In this document: piece by piece, positions 59,186 through 64,000 of the stretch
Numbering within the stretch: the stretch's first letter is position 1
Layout of the letters: each line of letters starts with the position of its first letter
Origin: a virus
Taxonomy: Duplodnaviria > Caudoviricetes
DNA length: 64,000 bases
Reading direction: 5' to 3' (one strand)
Virus record (IMG/VR): IMGVR_UViG_3300020166_000019
Location: 1 to 64,000 of that record
Notes under the pieces: model-generated
What the model saw: only the letters and a program-made list of their open reading frames with translations
What the model was told of the DNA's origin: nothing
The model's database searches: none
Translations under genes and position numbers: made by a program

Positions 59186-59337
59186 TATACTGCCTCCACT
59201 TTGTAACTACGAACTTCAGCCCATTCACCACTGTTACTAAGACTAGAATGTAATGAACGTGCATTTTCATATGTCAAACCACTGACATGCATACTGTCTG
59301 CATTTTCACCAAAGTTCTTTGCTGCTACTGACCACAT
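59185..59337 (-). CDS. Small hypothetical early protein (50 aa)
   Basis: Not in the track: MWSVAAKNFGENADSMHVSGLTYENARSLHSSLSNSGEWAEVRSYKVEAV; SD TAAGGAG. Confidence 0.65.
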   Translation of the reverse strand: MWSVAAKNFGENADSMHVSGLTYENARSLHSSLSNSGEWAEVRSYKVEAV

Positions 59338-59370
59338 AATGTTCTCCTTAACTATCTAACTTATACATTC

Positions 59371-59399
59371 TTTATAGAGTGATTCGCAATGATTGTCAA
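59371..59399 (-). promoter_or_regulatory. Early sigma70 promoter with CGAATCA (GANTC) in the spacer, copy 1
   Basis: TTGACA-atcattgCGAATCActc-TATAAA. Confidence 0.8.
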
Positions 59400-59402
59400 G
59401 AT

Positions 59403-59597
59403 TTAATACAACCATTCCTGTAGTTTTTCGTAAACAAACGAATAGTCATTGTTGATTACGTCAAGTTCTTCTTCTGTGGCTTCAACGCCATTGATAACAG
59501 CAGATTCAATATACGCATCGCAGAACTTAGGATAGTCTGCCATGTCAACACCTTCAAATTCGATATCAGTTACTTTTGTGAAATCTATAATATTCAT
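59403..59597 (-). CDS. Small acidic hypothetical early protein
   Basis: 64-aa ORF directly downstream of its own promoter. Confidence 0.7.
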   Translation of the reverse strand: MNIIDFTKVTDIEFEGVDMADYPKFCDAYIESAVINGVEATEEELDVINNDYSFVYEKLQEWLY

Positions 59598-59628
59598 ATT
59601 ATCTTCTCTTTCTTTTGATTACTTAACT

Positions 59629-59657
59629 AGTATAAAGTGATTCGTTGGATATGTCAA
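59629..59657 (-). promoter_or_regulatory. Early sigma70 promoter with CGAATCA in the spacer, copy 2
   Basis: TTGACA-tatccaaCGAATCActt-TATACT. Confidence 0.8.
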
Positions 59658-59694
59658 CCAAATAAAAACTCAAAATGTTTGTTCATCTTTTTCA

Positions 59695-59856
59695 TCAATT
59701 TATTCTCACTGCTTTTATATTATCTAAACTCGCACCAGTATACTTACTCGCACTGCCGCCTATCATAAATGCTTTTTCACGTGCTGAGTATTCTGTCATT
59801 GCATATTGATATCCAAGAAAGATATTATTGTAAAATATTTGCCAAGTATAAATCAT
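59695..59856 (-). CDS. Small hypothetical early protein (53 aa)
   Basis: Not in the track: MIYTWQIFYNNIFLGYQYAMTEYSAREKAFMIGGSASKYTGASLDNIKAVRIN; SD GGTGGAG. Confidence 0.6.
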   Translation of the reverse strand: MIYTWQIFYNNIFLGYQYAMTEYSAREKAFMIGGSASKYTGASLDNIKAVRIN

Positions 59857-59867
59857 CAAACTCCACC

Positions 59868-60065
59868 TTAACTATATTTTTCTACATGAACAACAAATCC
59901 AACTTGACGATTTGGATCATCGGCATCATGCCCGCTATCGTGTGCAATTGGCCCACGAATGTGCGTATCGCGGTCTGGCCGCCCAGTTTCTTTTGTATTG
60001 AAACCTTCGATATACGAAAGAGCCTCTTCTTTTGTTTTGAAGAAATAACTGTTTTTCTTGTGCAT
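59868..60065 (-). CDS. Small hypothetical early protein
   Basis: 65-aa ORF with SD TAGGA, downstream of promoter copy 3. Confidence 0.6.
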   Translation of the reverse strand: MHKKNSYFFKTKEEALSYIEGFNTKETGRPDRDTHIRGPIAHDSGHDADDPNRQVGFVVHVEKYS

Positions 60066-60093
60066 GATGATTTCCTATCTAACTTATACATTC

Positions 60094-60122
60094 TTTATAA
60101 AGTGATTCGTCAATAATGTCAA
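60094..60122 (-). promoter_or_regulatory. Early sigma70 promoter with CGAATCA in the spacer, copy 3
   Basis: TTGACA-ttattgaCGAATCActt-TATAAA. Bases 60075-60109 are nearly identical to 59352-59386. Confidence 0.8.
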
Positions 60123-60134
60123 CCTTTTTCCCAA

Positions 60135-60142
60135 GATAAATA
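60135..60142 (+). promoter_or_regulatory. Late promoter GATAAATA for the SGNH-carbamoyltransferase operon
   Basis: Intergenic, ~33 nt upstream of ATG 60176. Confidence 0.5.
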
Positions 60143-60175
60143 ACTACGAATATAATAAAGAAGGATTTATAAAAT

Positions 60176-60907
60176 ATGTTATATGCGAATGGATGTAGTT
60201 TTACATACGGTACTGGTCTAGCAAACAAAGTAGATGCTTGGCCTTATGAATTGGCAGAACTATTAGGATTTGATAGAGAACAAACACAAACTGAAGCAGA
60301 CCGTGGAGTTTCAAATGGTTACATTGTACGAACCACTATTAAAACAGTCAGCGATTTACTTGCAGATGGTGAGAAACCATTTGTTGCTATTGGTCTAACA
60401 TCTCCCAGTAGAAGGGAGCATTTTATTGAATCAGCAAATTTATTAATACATAATATACCTTCACCTGAGTATCAGGGCAATGTTAGATTAGATGAAAATA
60501 CGAACAAAGAACTAGCATTATTAAATTCACTTTATATGAAGCATTTTTGGTCGCCGGTATACGATTTTCATCAATATATAATTCATATTATTACTGTACA
60601 AAATTTTTTAGAGAATGCTGGATTGGAATATGTTATATTTAATTCATTAAATTTATCTCCCAATCTTATTGATCCTACAAAATTTTCAAAAATATGTGAA
60701 GATTTTGAAATGAGTAATGTAATGAAACAATTAGACATGACCCATATATACGAAGAACAAACATTTTTTACATATATGTATGACAAGGGACTATTTTTTG
60801 AAGCAATTGACGATGAAAGATATATGCATCCCAATGCCGAAGCACATAAAGATTGGGCTAAAATTATATTCAATGATATAGAACGAACAAGATCGGGTAA
60901 TGGATAA
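60176..60907 (+). CDS. SGNH hydrolase-like protein
   Basis: YANGCSFTYGTG, GVSN, YMHPNAEAH. Confidence 0.7.
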   Translation: MLYANGCSFTYGTGLANKVDAWPYELAELLGFDREQTQTEADRGVSNGYIVRTTIKTVSDLLADGEKPFVAIGLTSPSRREHFIESANLLIHNIPSPEYQGNVRLDENTNKELALLNSLYMKHFWSPVYDFHQYIIHIITVQNFLENAGLEYVIFNSLNLSPNLIDPTKFSKICEDFEMSNVMKQLDMTHIYEEQTFFTYMYDKGLFFEAIDDERYMHPNAEAHKDWAKIIFNDIERTRSGNG

Positions 60908-61176
60908 TGTATATATATTGTATATCAGATGGTAGCGATTTATGTAAGTTTGGTTTCAGTAATAATCCAGAAAAAAGGCTCAAAGCATTACAGACTGGAA
61001 ATGCAAAAAAATTAAATATTATTGAAACAATTTATATAGATGGTGATGTTAATAAATTAGAGAAAAAACTACACAGGGAATATTCACACCGTCGTGTACA
61101 TGGTGAATGGTTTAATGCTACTCCAGAAGAAGGAAAAGAAATGTTAACCTGGTTTGAAATACATTACATTAATTGA
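60907..61176 (+). CDS. Stand-alone GIY-YIG (T5orf172/MUG113-type) nuclease domain
   Basis: YIYCI...KFGFSNNPEKRLKALQTGN...EKKLH...GEWF. Confidence 0.8.
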   Translation: MYIYCISDGSDLCKFGFSNNPEKRLKALQTGNAKKLNIIETIYIDGDVNKLEKKLHREYSHRRVHGEWFNATPEEGKEMLTWFEIHYIN

Positions 61177-61184
61177 GAATTATT

Positions 61185-61442
61185 ATGGGAATTAAGACTA
61201 TTTTTGAAATATTAGATGCGTGGCATACTGAACGCAAGAGACACGATGACAAAACGTTTAAGCAATGGCTCAAACATGTCGGTGGATTGTGGACATCTAA
61301 AGAAGAATGGAAAAAAATAGGCAGATTAGAAACTTGGAAGCCAGTAGTTGAAGATACTGGAAAAGGTATAGGCAAAATGTTTATAATAAAAGTTCTCACT
61401 GTAATAATATTAATAATACTAGTAAATTTAGGAATAGAATAA
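61185..61442 (+). CDS. Hypothetical protein with a C-terminal TM helix
   Basis: ORF ending MFIIKVLTVIILIILVNLGIE. Confidence 0.55.
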   Translation: MGIKTIFEILDAWHTERKRHDDKTFKQWLKHVGGLWTSKEEWKKIGRLETWKPVVEDTGKGIGKMFIIKVLTVIILIILVNLGIE

Positions 61443-61444
61443 GA

Positions 61445-61558
61445 ATGAAAAAAATATGGCAAATAATAATTTATCCTTATACATTGTATAAAGAGAAAAA
61501 ACGATTAAAAAAACGTTTAGCAGAACTACGTAAGCGTGATCCGTTTATATATAAATGA
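61445..61558 (+). CDS. Small basic protein (37 aa) coupled to the carbamoyltransferase
   Basis: MKKIWQIIIYPYTLYKEKKRLKKRLAELRKRDPFIYK; ATGA overlap with the next gene. Confidence 0.6.
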   Translation: MKKIWQIIIYPYTLYKEKKRLKKRLAELRKRDPFIYK

Positions 61559-63090
61559 TTGTATTAGGTATATCAGGTGCATTAAACCATGATGCTGCGG
61601 TCAGCGTCATTGATGATGGTAAAATTCTTTTTGCCAGTCATAGTGAACGCTATTCTAAAATAAAAAATGACCCTAACTTGAATGCAGAAATAATTCAAGA
61701 AGCTCTCTCGTATGGTCGCCCTGACGTTATAGCGTGGTACGAACGTCCTGTAATAAAGAAGTTTAGACAATTTGTATCTGGTCAATACAATCTTGCGTTT
61801 GATATAAATGAATTACCCAGTAAGTATCTTAAACAATTTACCGAGTTAAAAGATATTCCAATTAAATATCAATCACACCATTACACTCACGCGGCCAGTG
61901 GATACTTCACTAGTGGATATAATGATGCAGTTATTGCTGTTATTGATAGTATAGGTGAATATGAAACTCTTACTATATGGAAAGGTGTGGGAGAAACACT
62001 AACTAAAAAATATACACAATCGTATCCCAACTCAGTTGGTTTATTTTATAGTGCTATGACACAACGTCTTGGCTTAAAGCCTCAGGAAGATGAGTATATA
62101 CTTATGGGTATGGCTGCATATGGCGACCATACAAGACAGGTTAGAGGTCGTACAATAGTTCAGCACATTTATGATACGCTAGATATACGTTTAAATGACA
62201 CTAATCCTCCATTATTTAATATTGTAAGTTTCAAAAAAAATTTACATCGTGGATGTAAATGGTTCTTGCCAGAGTTAACTACCGAACAAGATTATTTTGA
62301 TATTGCTGCAGCAACACAAAAAGTTTATGAAGATATATTAAGTGAAATAATAAACTATATAACAACTAAATTTGGTTATCATAATAATTTAGTTATTATG
62401 GGAGGTTGCTCTCTTAACTGTAGTGCGAATAATTTAATAACAGGAAGATTTAAAAATGTTTGGATAATGCCAAATCCAGGCGATGCTGGTAGTTGTATTG
62501 GCGCATCGCAAAAATTCTTCGATACTAGAATCAAATGGGAAACTCCTTATCTAGGTCATAATATAGAAGGTAGTTATCCAGTAGAGAAAGCATTGAATGC
62601 ATTACTTAATGGTGATATTATTGGCATTGCAAATGGTCGTGCAGAGTTTGGTCCACGTGCATTAGGTAATCGTACTCTTACTGCTGACCCACGTGGAGAA
62701 ACAATTAAGGATAGAATGAATGAAATTAAACGTAGGCAAAAGTTTAGACCATTCGCACCAATGATACTAGAAGAAGATGTACACGATTATTTCATTATGC
62801 CAGAAAACATTAATAGTTCGCCTTATATGCAATTTGTTGCTAAGTGTAAACATCCACTTGATTTTCCTGCAATTATACACGAAGATGGAACCTCACGTGT
62901 GCAGACAGTTAACAAACAACAGCATCCAGGATTATATACATTGTTGACCAAGTTTAAAGAAAAGACTGGTTGTCCCATGCTTGTGAATACATCATTAAAT
63001 ATTAAAGGTCAACCTATAGTTAATGATATAAACGATGCTCAAGAATTTTCCAAGCATTATGGTATAAAAGTCTTTACATCAGATGATTAA
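61555..63090 (+). CDS. O-carbamoyltransferase (NodU/CmcH/TobZ family)
   Basis: HDAAV, SERYS, HHYTHA, LMGMAAYG, GGCSLNC, EFGPRALGNR, KRRQKFRPFAP, DGTSRVQTV, NTSLN. Confidence 0.93.
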   Translation: MIVLGISGALNHDAAVSVIDDGKILFASHSERYSKIKNDPNLNAEIIQEALSYGRPDVIAWYERPVIKKFRQFVSGQYNLAFDINELPSKYLKQFTELKDIPIKYQSHHYTHAASGYFTSGYNDAVIAVIDSIGEYETLTIWKGVGETLTKKYTQSYPNSVGLFYSAMTQRLGLKPQEDEYILMGMAAYGDHTRQVRGRTIVQHIYDTLDIRLNDTNPPLFNIVSFKKNLHRGCKWFLPELTTEQDYFDIAAATQKVYEDILSEIINYITTKFGYHNNLVIMGGCSLNCSANNLITGRFKNVWIMPNPGDAGSCIGASQKFFDTRIKWETPYLGHNIEGSYPVEKALNALLNGDIIGIANGRAEFGPRALGNRTLTADPRGETIKDRMNEIKRRQKFRPFAPMILEEDVHDYFIMPENINSSPYMQFVAKCKHPLDFPAIIHEDGTSRVQTVNKQQHPGLYTLLTKFKEKTGCPMLVNTSLNIKGQPIVNDINDAQEFSKHYGIKVFTSDD

Positions 63091-63130
63091 TATGTTATAA
63101 TGATATTAACTGTTAATTTATGGGTTACCT

Positions 63131-64000
63131 ATGGCATACGATTGTTTTTTTATTACTGATGAATTATCTGTTCAATCAATTGAACAGTATAAAAAAGTAT
63201 TGACACAGATTCCAAATGCACAGTTGGTAAAATCAAATGACCCATCTGATATCAACAGTTTATATACAGAAATAAAAAAGAATGTTAATACTGAATACTA
63301 TTGGGCAATTGATAGTGAAATAGATACATTTGACTTTGATTGGGAATTTAAACCTTCAGATTGGGATAACGAATTACCGCATATATGGAGTACTGGCACC
63401 AGAAATATTTATGGCACGGATGTGGGTATTAGATTAATACATAAAAATCACGATGCAGGTATGATTGAAAATGATTTATACTTATTATCTGGTAAGTATG
63501 TTATGCATGATATGTTAAAATATAATCCTATTGGTAAACAACATGATATAATTTATCTAAGTTATGATGAAGAATTTGCTGATGAACACTATCAAAAATT
63601 ATTAGAAAGATTTCCTTTTGCAAAAAGAGTTCATGGTGTTTCTGGGATTTTCAATGCACATAAAAAAGCAGCATTTCTCGCTGAAACTGATATGTTTTAT
63701 GTGGTTGATGCAGATGCAATAATAACTTCAGATTTTAATTTTGATTATTATGCACCAAAATGGGATAGAGAAACTGTGCATGTATGGCATTCATTGAATC
63801 CAATTAATGATCTAGTATATGGCTATGGTGGTGTTAAATTATTTCCAACTAACTTACTACGTAATGCAAATGATTGGAACATAGATTTTACTACTAGCAT
63901 ATCTAGCAGTTTTAAGTTGATGGAAGAAATATCTAATATAACTAATTTTAATACTGATCCTTTTAGCACTTGGAAAAGTGCGTTTAGAGAATGTGCTAAA
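63131..64000 (+). CDS. GT-A-fold glycosyltransferase-like protein (SYDE family, duplicated domain); runs off the window end
   Basis: Not in the track: MAYDCFFITD...YYWAIDSE...DIIYLSYDEEFADEHY...RVHGVSGIFNAHK...FYVVDADA...LVYGYGGVKLFP...WKSAFRECAK. Paralog of 48737..49693. Confidence 0.75.
   Translation, partial: MAYDCFFITDELSVQSIEQYKKVLTQIPNAQLVKSNDPSDINSLYTEIKKNVNTEYYWAIDSEIDTFDFDWEFKPSDWDNELPHIWSTGTRNIYGTDVGIRLIHKNHDAGMIENDLYLLSGKYVMHDMLKYNPIGKQHDIIYLSYDEEFADEHYQKLLERFPFAKRVHGVSGIFNAHKKAAFLAETDMFYVVDADAIITSDFNFDYYAPKWDRETVHVWHSLNPINDLVYGYGGVKLFPTNLLRNANDWNIDFTTSISSSFKLMEEISNITNFNTDPFSTWKSAFRECAK

Noticed and set aside
60907-61176. Mobile homing endonuclease
   Set aside because: Only an 89-aa catalytic-type domain with no DNA-binding extension and no intron context; kept as a CDS, not a mobile element.
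1-64000. Stop-codon reassignment, tRNA genes, integrase or transposase
   Set aside because: Genes tile the window as long uninterrupted ORFs in code 11, ending in TAA, TAG and TGA; no cloverleaf or recombinase motifs seen by eye.

Overview
64 kb of an AT-rich, large T4-superfamily (jumbo-type) myophage genome in the standard genetic code. The host is probably an Alphaproteobacterium, inferred from the ClpP sequence type and from GANTC/GcrA-type motifs in early promoters. From left to right: (minus strand) an adhesin and a repeat-rich tail fibre, then the head module (gp23, gp22, gp21, acidic core protein, gp20 portal) and a probable tape measure; (plus) a gp26/gp51-like pair joined by a likely -1 frameshift, a ~700 bp non-coding region with a strongly structured RNA-like segment and a GA-mismatch hairpin, and a Holliday-junction resolvase; (minus) small regulators, gp46/gp47 and the gp55 late sigma factor; (plus) a baseplate module with very large proteins and several cell-wall hydrolase-like domains, interrupted by clpP; then a ~18 kb glycosyltransferase / radical SAM / methyltransferase / SGNH / 2OG-oxygenase / carbamoyltransferase cluster, interrupted by a minus-strand island of small early genes. 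No tRNA, rRNA, CRISPR array, integrase or transposase was seen. All family calls come from motif recognition by eye and were not checked by database search.
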